Below are positions 10,315 to 20,728 of a stretch of 23,734 bases of DNA, in pieces. The notes under the pieces were generated by a model that ran no database searches, had not been told where the DNA came from, and saw only the letters and a program-made list of their open reading frames with translations. A program made the position numbers and the translations under genes. The number at the start of each line of letters is the position of its first letter. Position 1 is the first letter of the stretch. Location of the stretch: NCBI RefSeq assembly GCF_006345805.1, contig NW_021836517.1:1-23734 (forward strand), given 5' to 3'. This DNA comes from Octopus sinensis (Eukaryota).

Positions 10315-11132
10315 CACCCTAATGCGAGCCTTAACTCCCAAGTTTTAGTAATTTCTTTTATGATCCAAAACTAGGTCAAAAGTACTGAATGGATCTTTAT
10401 GAAATTTGAAAATTATATTCAATGCATAAGGGCCATAACCCCCATGACAATTCATATATTTTTGCTGTTGAAGAAATTTTAACCATAGATATTAGACACA
10501 AATGAAGTAATATTTATAAAATTTCATCTTCTTACAAGTAATAAAGACCCCTCCATGGGGACTTAACACCCACAATTTTGTCATTTTATCTACGCAAAAA
10601 TGAATACAGTTGTGCTCTTATCTAATAACTTTTCTCAACACTTTGCAACTGAATCAGTGGAGGCAAAGATGCCTCTCTTTTACTTGACAATTTATGCACC
10701 ACATTGCAGAAATCCCAATGTAAGTGTATGTCAAAGCAAACTGTTGCACTGTTGTACCATTGAATTAGAAATAATGCTCAACTTTTATGCTCGGGTAATC
10801 CTACAGCTTCCAAGAGCACAATTGTATTCGTTTTTGCTTAGACTTGTTGCGATTTCAGCTTACCGCCCGGAAACTTGGAAATCCTATCTCTTCCTCGGTG
10901 GTGGTGGCTAGGATGAAATCGATTTCAAACTACCCTCGGGGCTAATTTGAAATCGATCTCTTTCTGCTTCCAATAATTTCGGATCATTCACTTCGAATTT
11001 CTTTTCCACCTCTTCGTCATCCTGGTGGCCAATAATAATTATTATTTGGAATAGTGGATCTTGAAGCACACAAAGCCCCAACTACGACAGTAATTTCGGA
11101 GTAGAGAGTGAGTCAGTTACATCTAAATAATC

Positions 11133-11322
11133 CTTTCTATTATAAGCACAAGGCCTGAAATCTTGTGAGAGAATGCATTACTGGTACTTTTTTATCGACC
11201 CCGAAAGGGTGAAAGCCAAAGTCGACTTCGGGAGAATTGGAACTCAGAACGTAAAGAGGGGCGAAATCCCACCGTTAAGGATTTCACCTGGCGTGCTAAC
11301 GCTTCTGCTAGTTTACCGCCTT
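11133..11322 (-). mobile_element. tRNA-derived SINE, family C
   Basis: Reverse complement reads GGCGGTAAACTAGCAGAAGCGTTAGCAC...GTTCTGAGTTCCAATTC...GTCGACTTTGGCTTTCA...GGGGTCGATAAAAAAGTACCAG. Confidence 0.8.
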
Positions 11323-11345
11323 ACCAAGTTACTAAGTTACTAAGT

Positions 11346-11857
11346 TAGTGGTTCCCAACCTGGGACACGCGCACTCCTGGTGGTCCGCGAAGGTAGTACT
11401 GGGGATCCGTGAACTAACACTGTTTACAAGGCTTTATGCTTGGAAGGACCGAATGTAACTACCATTGGAACTCACACACCAGGTACAGGAAACTTCTTCA
11501 CCACTTATATACACCGTTGTGCTTGAAGAATGGAACTGAAAATACAATATCCTTATGTATCTCACTTCTGTTTTCATTCTCTTACTTCCCTGTGTATTTC
11601 ATATCTTCTCTACAATAATTAATACTCAAACATTTTCTCGCACCGTCTCTGATGAAGGGGTATATAAAATATCCCGGAAACAGCTGTAAAGCCTTTTCTT
11701 GATAAATGTTATGAAAACTATTTACAGCCTTGGATCTTTTATCTCATTCTGTCAATATATATATATAACGAGAGAGACACACACACAAACACACAGAAGG
11801 ATAAGCATATTAAAAGGGGTCCGTTGAAAAACTCATTTAAAGGGTGGGGAACTAATG
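11346..11857. mobile_element. Possible hAT-type non-autonomous element with an internal HHR-bearing insert
   Basis: Left end TAGTGGTTCCCAACC...GGTCCGCG; right end reverse complement CATTAGTTCCCCACC. Both resemble CAGTGGTTCCCAAC-type hAT termini. No matching TSD seen. Confidence 0.4.
11644..11693 (+). ncRNA. Hammerhead-like motif with decayed stem I
   Basis: CGTCT CTGATGA A GGGGTAT ATAAA ATATCCC G GAAA CAGCTG TA AAGCC. 7-bp stem II, palindromic stem III ACAGCTGT, GUA triplet; stem I pairs poorly. Confidence 0.55.
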
Positions 11858-12461
11858 GTCTCAATAATAGCATGTAGATACTGGATCGGAAAACTCTATT
11901 TGAAAGAACATGTCGAAAGGCACACTTAGAGCACGAACTCTCATCTCCTCTACGTAAGTTTTTATATTTTTATGATGTCAAACATTATAATTATTTTTTT
12001 CTGTAACGTATAATTAAAATAATTTCCAATAAATATAATTTATAAATACTATCAGAAACATTTAAAGTGCATTGATATATTTTTCTTGTATAATAAATAT
12101 AATTCGTTCGCATTCAGAGTATATTATTATGTATTGTACTGTGTATAAATACATTTCTTTCGCATAAACAAATATATTTAAACGCTTCAAACACAAACGG
12201 AACATATTTATGGGTGAAAAAGTACTGCAGTTAAAAATCCTCAAACCCAAATCATTAAAAATGAATAAATAAATATATGAATAAATATTTTACGAACGTT
12301 TGTATCTTTTTTTTTGAAATTGTAAACTAAAAATTTGTGATGCTGAAAGTATTCTTTTAAAGGCATCATAAAAACGTTATATATATCAAAAAACCCAATA
12401 TTTTTTTTATATTTTCACATTTTAAGATTAGTTTACTTCTTAAAATATTACACGTGTTTTA

Positions 12462-12638
12462 GGATCTTTTCGGTTTGAGCGGCAGTTTTTAACATAATTC
12501 CTAGGTAACTAAAACATTTCAAACTTCGTATACTGGTAGAATGTGTTTATAAAACATATTTTTCTCTTGGCTTTATTGAGAAAATTCTATAGTTTGTAAG
12601 ATATTTGTTGTCTTTTTTTTTTTCTTCAATTTCTGCAA
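12462..12638. mobile_element. Terminal fragment of a probable non-autonomous DNA-transposon-like repeat
   Basis: Starts GGATCTTTTCGGTTTGAGCGGCAGTTTTT, which I recall as a repeated octopus element terminus. Not verifiable within the window; it ends abruptly against PLE-2. Confidence 0.35.
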
Positions 12639-12639
12639 C

Positions 12640-13830
12640 AGATATTGTTGTATTTGGGGACAGTCATGTTGCTAGTTTAGCCATATATTTGGTATTCACT
12701 TGCTTCATATATTAATTGTATTTCGACCAGATTTCTTTCGTCACACTTCTCTGACCTCATCAGCGGTCCTTTGCTTTCTTCTTTCTTTTTTCTGTCTATC
12801 CTTCCTAACGATCTGCCATTTTGTATTCCTGTTATATGTGTCTTTATGTACGCAGACGTATATCCCTCTGTGTCTATGTTTAGTAAGTGTGTGTGTGGTG
12901 GAGGCGGAGGGGTGAATGTGTATGGTACCCGAATTATCAGTATTCCTTGTTCATTTAATTTAATTTTATTTGTTTTTATCTACTTACTTTTTCATTTCTT
13001 TTTTTTGCATTAATTTAATGTTATTTAATTTACTATATTTTGTTTATGTATTTTATCATTTTTAAATTCCATTTAGTTATCTATCTATTGTATTAATTTC
13101 ATATTATTTTTAGTTTATGGGGATCTTATTCTTTCCTCAGGTTGTGGTGTGTGGGTGGATGTATGTGTGCTAATGTTCCATTCTAGTTTCCTATTCAGGC
13201 TAGGTTTATCTTCTATTATGTGTGTAGCTTCCGTAATTTGTCTCAGCGTGGCGTCTATTCTATGTGTGGACAAGATTTTAACTTCTATTTTGTTGAGTGA
13301 GGCCCCCCACGTGTTCCTCGGCGTGTTGGTATAGAACCAATGAGCTCTTAACTTTCTTGACCCCCCCAATGCTCATTTACCCGCTCTCCTATACTCTGTG
13401 CTGTCTCCCCTACGTACGTCGTTGTCTTGTTTCTGCACCGTCCCTCTGTCACATCTTATCCTATAGACTACATTCCTAGCTTTACAGTTTGTTTGTGAGC
13501 TAAATCTACATGTAACACAGTTCCTACTAGTACAGGCGGCTCTATTAAAAGAGTATGTTCTACTGATTAGGGATTTGATAGGGTTGCCTGGCCTTTCAAC
13601 AGCCTTAATTCTTAGCTTAAGCTTGTCTAGGGCCCTTCTAAAGCGGTACGCCAGTTCGCTTCTAGGAGTGGTGTCGACGAAGATGACACTCTGGTATTTT
13701 CGGCTATCATACCATGAGCTGGCTTTCCCTATTTTCTTCTGAATCCTTTCAATGGGGTTGCATGACTTGCTCCTATAGAGTGGTCATAGCGAGAGTACAT
13801 GTTCATGAGTATAGAGTTCTGTGCCAGGCG
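12640..13830 (-). mobile_element. Penelope-like element PLE-2: 5'-truncated RT C-terminal/linker, GIY-YIG and 3' region
   Basis: Manual translation (absent from the ORF track, no start codon): WYDSRKYQSVIFVDTTPRSELAYRFRR..IKAVERPGNPIKSLI..CTSRNCVTC..NCKARNVVYRIRC, then after a frameshift TYVGETAQSIGERVNEH, then RQITEATHIIEDKPSLNRKLEWN. Confidence 0.88.
12725..12768 (-). ncRNA. Hammerhead-like motif in the PLE-2 3' region (decayed stem III)
   Basis: GACCG CTGATGA G GTCA GAGAAGTG TGAC GAAA GAAA TC TGGTC. 5-bp stem I, 4-bp stem II with an extra G; stem III reduced to one pair. Confidence 0.5.
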
Positions 13831-13835
13831 TTCTT

Positions 13836-14010
13836 TATATACATATAAACGAAGGGCTTCTTTCAGTTTCCGTCTACCAAATCCACTCCCAAGGCTTTGG
13901 TTGGCCTGACGCTATAGAAGACACTTGTCCAAGGTGCCACACAGTGGGACTGAACACGGAAACATGCGGTTGGGAAGCAGGCTTCTTACCACAGAGCAAC
14001 CTCCGCGTCT
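13836..14010 (-). mobile_element. SINE family A, 5' half
   Basis: Aligns to 18490-18647 (GGCTTCTTTCAGTTTCCGTCTACCAAATCCACTC...AGAAGACACTTGTCCAAGG...GGGACTGAAC). Confidence 0.85.
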
Positions 14011-14039
14011 ATGTGCAATAATGACAAGAGTAAGAACCA

Positions 14040-15480
14040 TAACGGCAAGGATATTTAACAAGAATAAACTGCCATAGCATTCATAACAACAGCAATATGA
14101 ACAACAACAGCTTCAGTAACAACCACAACAACAACAAGTATTACATTAAGAACAGCAAAAACATCAAATGCAGTAACAACAACAAAAGGCATCTACGATA
14201 ATAACAACAACGTCAACAATCACAACAATAACAAAAACAACAGCAACAACAAGAATTACATTAAGGACAGCAGCTACAACTACAACAATAGCTATAACAA
14301 CAATAACAAAAATAACGACAACAATGGCAATAGCAAGAATAAAAACTACATCAACAACAACTGTATCAAGACCATGAGCACTACCTCAATATTAGCTACA
14401 TTGATAATAACAACAACAACAAACGCGAGAACAAGAAAAGCAACATTAACGAAAACAATAGCATCATCATCATCATCAGCATCATCATCAACAACAACAA
14501 CAACAATAACAACAACAACAACAACAACAACAACAGCAATTCTGGAGCGACCAATCAATGACTAAGATCAGACTTAAAACGTAAAACAATATACAACAAC
14601 CTCTGCCAATTTGGGATAATTTGTAGTAAACCACCAGCACCGCCGCCGCCGCCACCACCACCACCACCACTGCCACCGCCACCACCACCACTACCACCAA
14701 CATCACCATCACCACCACCATCACCACCAGCACCAGCACCACCACCACCATCACCACCACTACCACTACCACCACCACCACCACCACCACCATTACCACC
14801 ACCACCACCATCACCACCACCACCACTACCGCCACCACAATCATTACCATCACTGCCATCATCATCATCATTACCACAATCATCATCATGGCAGCCATCA
14901 CTTCCACTACCACCAACGCCACCACTGCAACCATCATCACCGTAAGCACCTCCGCTACTATCACAACCACAACCACCCCCACCACTACAACCACCACCAC
15001 AACCGCCACTACCACAACCGCCACAGCCACCACCGCCGCGACCGGCACCGCAACTACCAACACTACTACCACCACCACAACAACAACCACGACCAAACCA
15101 TCACCACCACCATCACCACAACAACCAACACCACAACCATCTACACCACCATTATCACGACCATCACCACAACCACAACTGCCACCACGACCACCACCAA
15201 AACTACCACCCACCATAACAACCACCATCACCACCACCACCACAACCACCAAAACCACAACCATCTACACCACCATTATCACCATCACCACCACAACCAC
15301 AACCACCACCACAACATACACAACCACCACAACGACCACGATCAAACCATCACCACCAATCATTATCATCACCACCACCACCACCACAATCACCACCATA
15401 ACCACCAACAGCACCTCCTCCAGCGTCAGCATCATCATCACCATCAGCATCCCTACCGCAACTACGACCACCACTACTTG
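14040..15480. repeat. Long mixed trinucleotide array (AAC/CAC/CAT)
   Basis: Directly visible; generates the Thr- and Val-rich pseudo-ORFs. Confidence 0.95.
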
Positions 15481-15744
15481 CTGTCGGTCCCCGTCGCCGC
15501 CTTTCTACTCTAAACACACCGCAAACAATCAATATTGCCGTCACCGCCACGCGAACGCCCTTCCTGTCTTTTCCGAACCGCGCTATGCTCACTTCTAGGG
15601 AAGAAGAAAAAAAAGCAAAACAAATCAAAATAAAAAATAATATCAATAACAATGCCAACGAATAACAATAAAAGAGGAAAAAGTAAAAACATCAAACAAG
15701 TAAAAGACAAGGGCATTCGTTATAGCATGAATGATTAGGCAGAC

Positions 15745-15816
15745 AAACACCACACACACACCACCACACACACACATACATAACACAAACACACACACAC
15801 ACACGCGCACAACACA

Positions 15817-15847
<31 letters not shown>

Positions 15848-15958
15848 ACGCGCGCACACACACGCACACATACACACACACACACGCACACACACACACA
15901 CACACGCGCACACACACACACACACGCACACACACACACACACACGCACACACACATA

Positions 15959-15998
<40 letters not shown>

Positions 15999-16668
15999 CA
16001 TTACGGACACATGCACAAATACATGTATACAGACATACACATAGAGAGGATATATATATATATGTGTACATATGTGTATACGTATATACACACACACACA
16101 CACACACAAACATATATATGTGTGTGCGTGTGTGTGTATATATATCCACATACATATATGTGTATATATATACACACACGTATATAGTTGTATACATAGA
16201 TACGTGCACATATGCGTATATATGCATATATATACACATATACGTATATATATATAAACGCACATAGACACACACATATATATGTATTTGCGCGTACACA
16301 CACACACACACACATATATATATAAGTATATACACAAATATATATGTATATATACATACACCCACCCACACGCACACACACACATATATATACACACACA
16401 TACACACGTACAGAATCACATGTTTTTGTATTTCTTTGTATGTGTGGCTGTGTGTATATGTATGTACGTATGTGCCTGTGTGCTTGGATAGGGTCATGCG
16501 TAAATATATATATATATATATATATATATACATGCGTGTATAGATGCAATAAATTCCTAGATTCATCAATGTATCCAATTGATGTTTATATAATATAGTC
16601 AGGTCCATAACAATATACACATACATACATATATATATAATATATATATATTATATATATTTATACAT

Positions 16669-16731
<63 letters not shown>

Positions 16732-17179
16732 CACATACAGACATACGTAGAGACATATGCCTGGATGTAGATATATATGGTGTGTGTGGGTGGTGTGTGT
16801 GTTTCTGCGGTGATTACATATAGTTATATACTAACATATACTCCTGCGCAGACATCGATCTCCGCTGAATATAGTTTTTTCACCCTGTTTGCGCAATTTT
16901 TTTTTGTGCCAAAGACCTCCCTCTTCACATATACGCATACATATATACATACATGTCTATGCATATATAATATATATATATATATATATATAATATAAAC
17001 GTGTATATATATATATATTATATATATGTATATTATATAAATATATATATATATATTATATATATTATATTCTATTATATATATAATATATATTATATAT
17101 ATATTATATAGTAATATATATGTATATATATATATATAATATGTATATATATATATATAATATATATATTATATATATT

Positions 17180-17220
<41 letters not shown>
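15745..17220. repeat. (CA)n/(TA)n microsatellite field with a short unique island at ~16790-16925
   Basis: Directly visible. Confidence 0.93.
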
Positions 17221-17224
<4 letters not shown>

Positions 17225-18033
17225 GACACATAAACACATAAAACAACATCAGATGAGAGCCAGTTGCTATTAATCATGAATGGAAATAAAAGAGAAGCGA
17301 AAAAATGTCCAAACGCCACCGCCACCACCGCCACAGACTAAAGCAACAACAACTACAACTACAACACCAACAACAACAACAGTAGCAGCAGCGGCAGCAC
17401 AGCAGCAGCACAACTACATCGGTAAGGTCAATGAGTTAAACTGAAGAAATATATTATGAAAGTGAAAATATGTAAATATGAGGACTCGACAGAGATAACG
17501 GTTGAATACACTCGAGGGTTAGATATGGTGATGGCTATGGTGGCGAAGGCGGCGGTAATGATGGTGCTGGAATTACCAATGCTGGTGGGCGGGGTGGTGT
17601 TGATTGATGATGTGGTTGTAATTTTTTGCTGTTGTTCTTTGTGTTGTTGTTGTTTATATCCGGGTCAGTTAGGTGTTTCTTTTCTCGGCTTTCCGACGTG
17701 ATTCTAATTCCTTGTGTAACAACGATGTGTAATGCAGAAAGGTGTAATTTGTAAGAATAAAAAAAAAAGAAATAAAACATTTGGTTGCTATTTCTAGCAG
17801 ACACTAACTACGTAGATGCAGCCTCATAGTCTTTTGTTATTGTTCTGCTTGTTATTGTTGGTTTTCCTGTTTATGGCCACAGCTCGTGAGCTGAAACTAG
17901 ATAAAATAAAATTAAAATAAACAAAATTTGAGAGCAGCGGTTCGCAGACAGGGTCTGTGTGACCCTCGAGGGTCCGCATAGCATTCCATTGTTAAAATCT
18001 GTGCGTAATCAATTCGTAATATTTGAACGGCAA

Positions 18034-18101
18034 GCGCAGATTTGGCAGTTTGGTAAGTAGCTTGCTTCCCAGCCAAAGGGTTCAGTTCCACTACATGGCA
18101 C
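18034..18101 (+). mobile_element. SINE family A head fragment
   Basis: GCGCAG...TGGTAAGTAGCTTGCTTCCCAGCC...GGGTTCAGTTCCACTACATGGCACC. Confidence 0.65.
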
Positions 18102-18104
18102 CGT

Positions 18105-18867
18105 CTTATTAATTTTTCTTTTTGTAGTTGGTGGTGGTCTCATTGTTGTTAATCCAATTTTTACTGCTGACCTTATAGTTTTCTTAGTTTTGATGCTGGT
18201 CTTAATATTTCTGTTGGTTCGCATTTGTTGTTTTTGATCTTATACTCTTTACTCTTTGCTCTTTTACTTGTTTCAGTCATTTGACTGCGGCCATGCTGGA
18301 GCACCGCCTTTAGTCGAGCAAATCGACCCCGGACTTATTCTTTGTAAGCCCCGTACTTATTCTATCGGTCTCTCTTGCGAACCGCTAAGTGACAGGGACG
18401 TAAACACAACCAGCATCGGTTGCAAGCAATGCTAGGGGGACAACACAGACACACAAACACACACATATATATATATAACATATATACTACAGGCTTCTTT
18501 CAGTTTCCGTCTACCAATCCACTCACAAGGCATTGGTCGGCCCGGGACTATAGCAGAAGACACTTGCCCAAGATGCCACGCAGTGGGACTGAACCCGGAA
18601 CCATGTGGTTGGTTAGCAAGCTACTTACCACACAGCCACTCCTGCGCTTATCGTTGTAGAGTTTATTGCTTGAACTCTTATTGTTACCACTGGTCTCATT
18701 TTTGCTGTTGGTCTAATTTCTGTTGTTCTTATTGTTGCTGGTCTTATTGCTGGAACTCATATTGTTACTGCTGGTCTTATTGTTGCTTGTGGTCTAATTT
18801 CGATTCTTGTTATTGCTGCTGGTCTTATTATGACAGCTGGTCTCCATGTCGCTGGTGCTCTAATCGT
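18105..18867. repeat. Degenerate CTGGTCTTATTGTTG-type minisatellite, split by the SINE at 18241-18647
   Basis: GGTCT(T/C)AT units recur at 18105-18235 and 18650-18867. Confidence 0.7.
18241..18647 (-). mobile_element. tRNA-derived SINE family A, full length (probably octopus OR/OK-type)
   Basis: Reverse complement: A box TGGCTGTGTGG, B box GGTTCAGTCCC, CORE-like CTTGGGCAAGTGTCTTC, internal (TA)(TG) tract, 3' CAGTCAAATGACTGAAACAAG(TAAAAGAG)n tail. Confidence 0.92.
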
Positions 18868-19990
18868 TACCAATTTCGGTCGGATCTTCAAGGGAACATG
18901 CGGCCCAGTGCTACACTGAAGGAAGAAGATACACTTCCAACTGGCCAATTCTGGGCATTTTATGTCAATTGTTTCCTTCATTTGATCTAATTGGGAACAA
19001 TCTCTCTCTCTCTATCCGCTCAGTGGAAGTCGACTCTCGGTCACTCGTTGGATCAGTGTCCTCCAGTCAGTTCTATCCTGGGCCGCTTCTTTCAGATTGG
19101 TTATGTCCATTCTGGTATCACTCTTGATGGTGTCAAGCCAGCGGGTTCTTGGTCGGCCTCTCCCTCTCTTGCCACTGACCATTCCGAGTATGATGTCCTT
19201 CTCCAGGGATTTTCTCCGCATAATATGACCGAAATATGTCAATCTATGCTCGGCCTTATCTGCTTAAGAACTTCTCCATTGGTGAGCCTCGCTGTCCATG
19301 GAATCCGAAAAAGTCTTCTCCAACACCAAAGCTCGAATGCATTAATTCTCTATCGATCAAAAGTGTATGAATTGGGAACAATAATTGACTGAATTCAATG
19401 TCCGATTTTGCAGAAGGAGCTCGTAATACACAATAGCCTTCTAATCCCACCAGATACAAAGCATCATAGTCTTCGGTTACTGACTTGCTTTTGGAGATAA
19501 TAAAGGTAGTTCGATTCGTTTTCTCCAGGACAGTTTTCTCTCCACATTCTTACAATGAATTCGTATTTCTACTGTGAACGTCTTTCTCAGGTCGTTTTTT
19601 TTTGTTGAGTTTGAGTAGAAAATCACTGATGGCTATATCGTTCTTCGATTTATGTTCCTGTTAAATGATGAGTCACCAAAACATCATAGAGAATTACATA
19701 TCCAAATTTTTTTATATGACTTTATATCACTCACATGAAATACGTAGAATATTGATACAACTAACCACAGATTTTTGAACAGTGAACTAAAGTCTGAACT
19801 TTAAACTCTCCAAAACAAACAGCTTAAATATCTCATCAGTGTCCAAATAAAATGAACATGAACACATCTGCTGACCAACTATATTTTCGCCAATGGATAT
19901 TCCTTTCTGAATCCGTAAAAGACAACTCCAAAATCTAAAACTGACACACCTAAACGAAATACTCCTTATTAAAAATTTCTACATGCATGG
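18868..19990 (-). pseudogene. Decayed mariner (Mos1-like) transposase, interrupted by an RTE insertion
   Basis: With 19002-19382 removed, it reads HIKKFGYV..DVLVTHHL (cf. WVPHEL)...NVERKLSW...MMLCIWWD*KAIVYYELLLQNRTLNSVNYCSQLDQMKETIDIKCPELASWK..GPH. Catalytic Asp residues are lost and the C-terminus is missing. The 5' limit is approximate. Confidence 0.85.
19002..19369 (-). mobile_element. RTE (BovB-like) LINE 3' end, 5'-truncated, with 13-bp TSD
   Basis: INAFELWCWRRLFRIPWTAR..., YFGHIMRRKSLEKDIILGMVSGKRGRGRPRTRWLD; (GA)n tail; AATTGGGAACAAT at 18989-19001 and 19370-19382. Confidence 0.92.
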
Positions 19991-20143
19991 CTAAAATCTT
20001 AACAATAAGAATTTAATCATGCAACTCCAAATTTACTCAATAGAAATCTTCCATAATACCTTTCCATCACAACCTGCCCTACAACATAATTATCATTCAA
20101 CTGTCGGCGGGTGACATGACATAAAATTCAAAATCTAGGTTAT

Positions 20144-20203
20144 TCCTCTATTGCAATTTCGAAGTTAGACACTAAAAAGGCTCCACTCTTATCGGCAGGA
20201 GAA
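20144..20203 (-). ncRNA. Decayed hammerhead-like motif, left arm of foldback
   Basis: TTCTC CTGCCGA TAAG..CTTC GAAA TTGCAA TA GAGGA. A6C core change; palindromic stem III. Confidence 0.4.
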
Positions 20204-20322
20204 CATTCCTCTAGATAGAAATTAGCACACAAAAAAGAAAAACATACCTTGGGGCTTAAAATGTGTCTCACATTTTAAGCTCCAATGAATGTTTTCTTGT
20301 TTCAATTTCTATGTACAGGAAT

Positions 20323-20384
20323 GTTTTTCTGACGAGAAGAGTAGAACGGTTTTGCTTCCTAACTCCGAAATTGCAATAGAAGAC
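20323..20384 (+). ncRNA. Hammerhead-like motif, right arm of foldback
   Basis: GTTTTT CTGACGA GAAG..CTCC GAAA TTGCAA TA GAAGAC. Intact core, 6-bp stem I with two G-U pairs, palindrome ATTGCAAT, AUA triplet. Confidence 0.55.
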
Positions 20385-20728
20385 TAACCTTTGATCTTTA
20401 TTTAGATTTTGAATTTTATGACATGTCACCCACTGACAGCTTTTATTGTGAAGAGATATATAAGTGGGAATAATAGCTTTATAGCGGTTTTGACTGCTAT
20501 TTCTAGACATGAAAAGGTTTTTACAATCCACTCTGTTATAATTGTGATTTATTCACCATTATACACTCTTCTTTTATGAAAAAAAAAAGACCACAAAAAT
20601 TACTGCATGTTCTGGCCCCGAATATATTCGAAAATAATTCTGAATTGTTTACGATATATCCTGCGTAATGTATTTTTACATACCTCTTTTTATTTTATAT
20701 ATATAATATACATATATATATATATATA

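Larger units (their letters stand above)
20101..20439. repeat. ~340-bp foldback palindrome centred on a 3-nt loop at 20266-20268
   Basis: Central TTGGGGCTTAAAATGTG-TCT-CACATTTTAAGCTCCAA. The arms align outward to CTGTC/GACAG with scattered mismatches and a ~13-bp indel. Confidence 0.85.

Noticed and set aside
10600-10911. 103-aa ORF with faint piggyBac-like VVLLSN
   Set aside because: One weak motif only; no DDD triad or TTAA/TIR evidence.
14488-15598. 236-258 aa Thr/Pro- or Val-rich mucin-like ORFs
   Set aside because: Arise from stop-free (ACC/ACA)n repeats and are open on both strands; no signal peptide or domain.
17935-17990. CAGCGGTTC...GGGTCCGC, hAT-terminus-like
   Set aside because: Too degenerate and no partner end found.
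18583-18990. Cys/Trp-rich ORF resembling metallothionein or keratin-associated proteins
   Set aside because: Starts inside a SINE, crosses a minisatellite and ends in the antisense mariner relic.
19833-19839. CTGATGA on the minus strand
   Set aside because: No GAAA or stem geometry; lies within the mariner relic.
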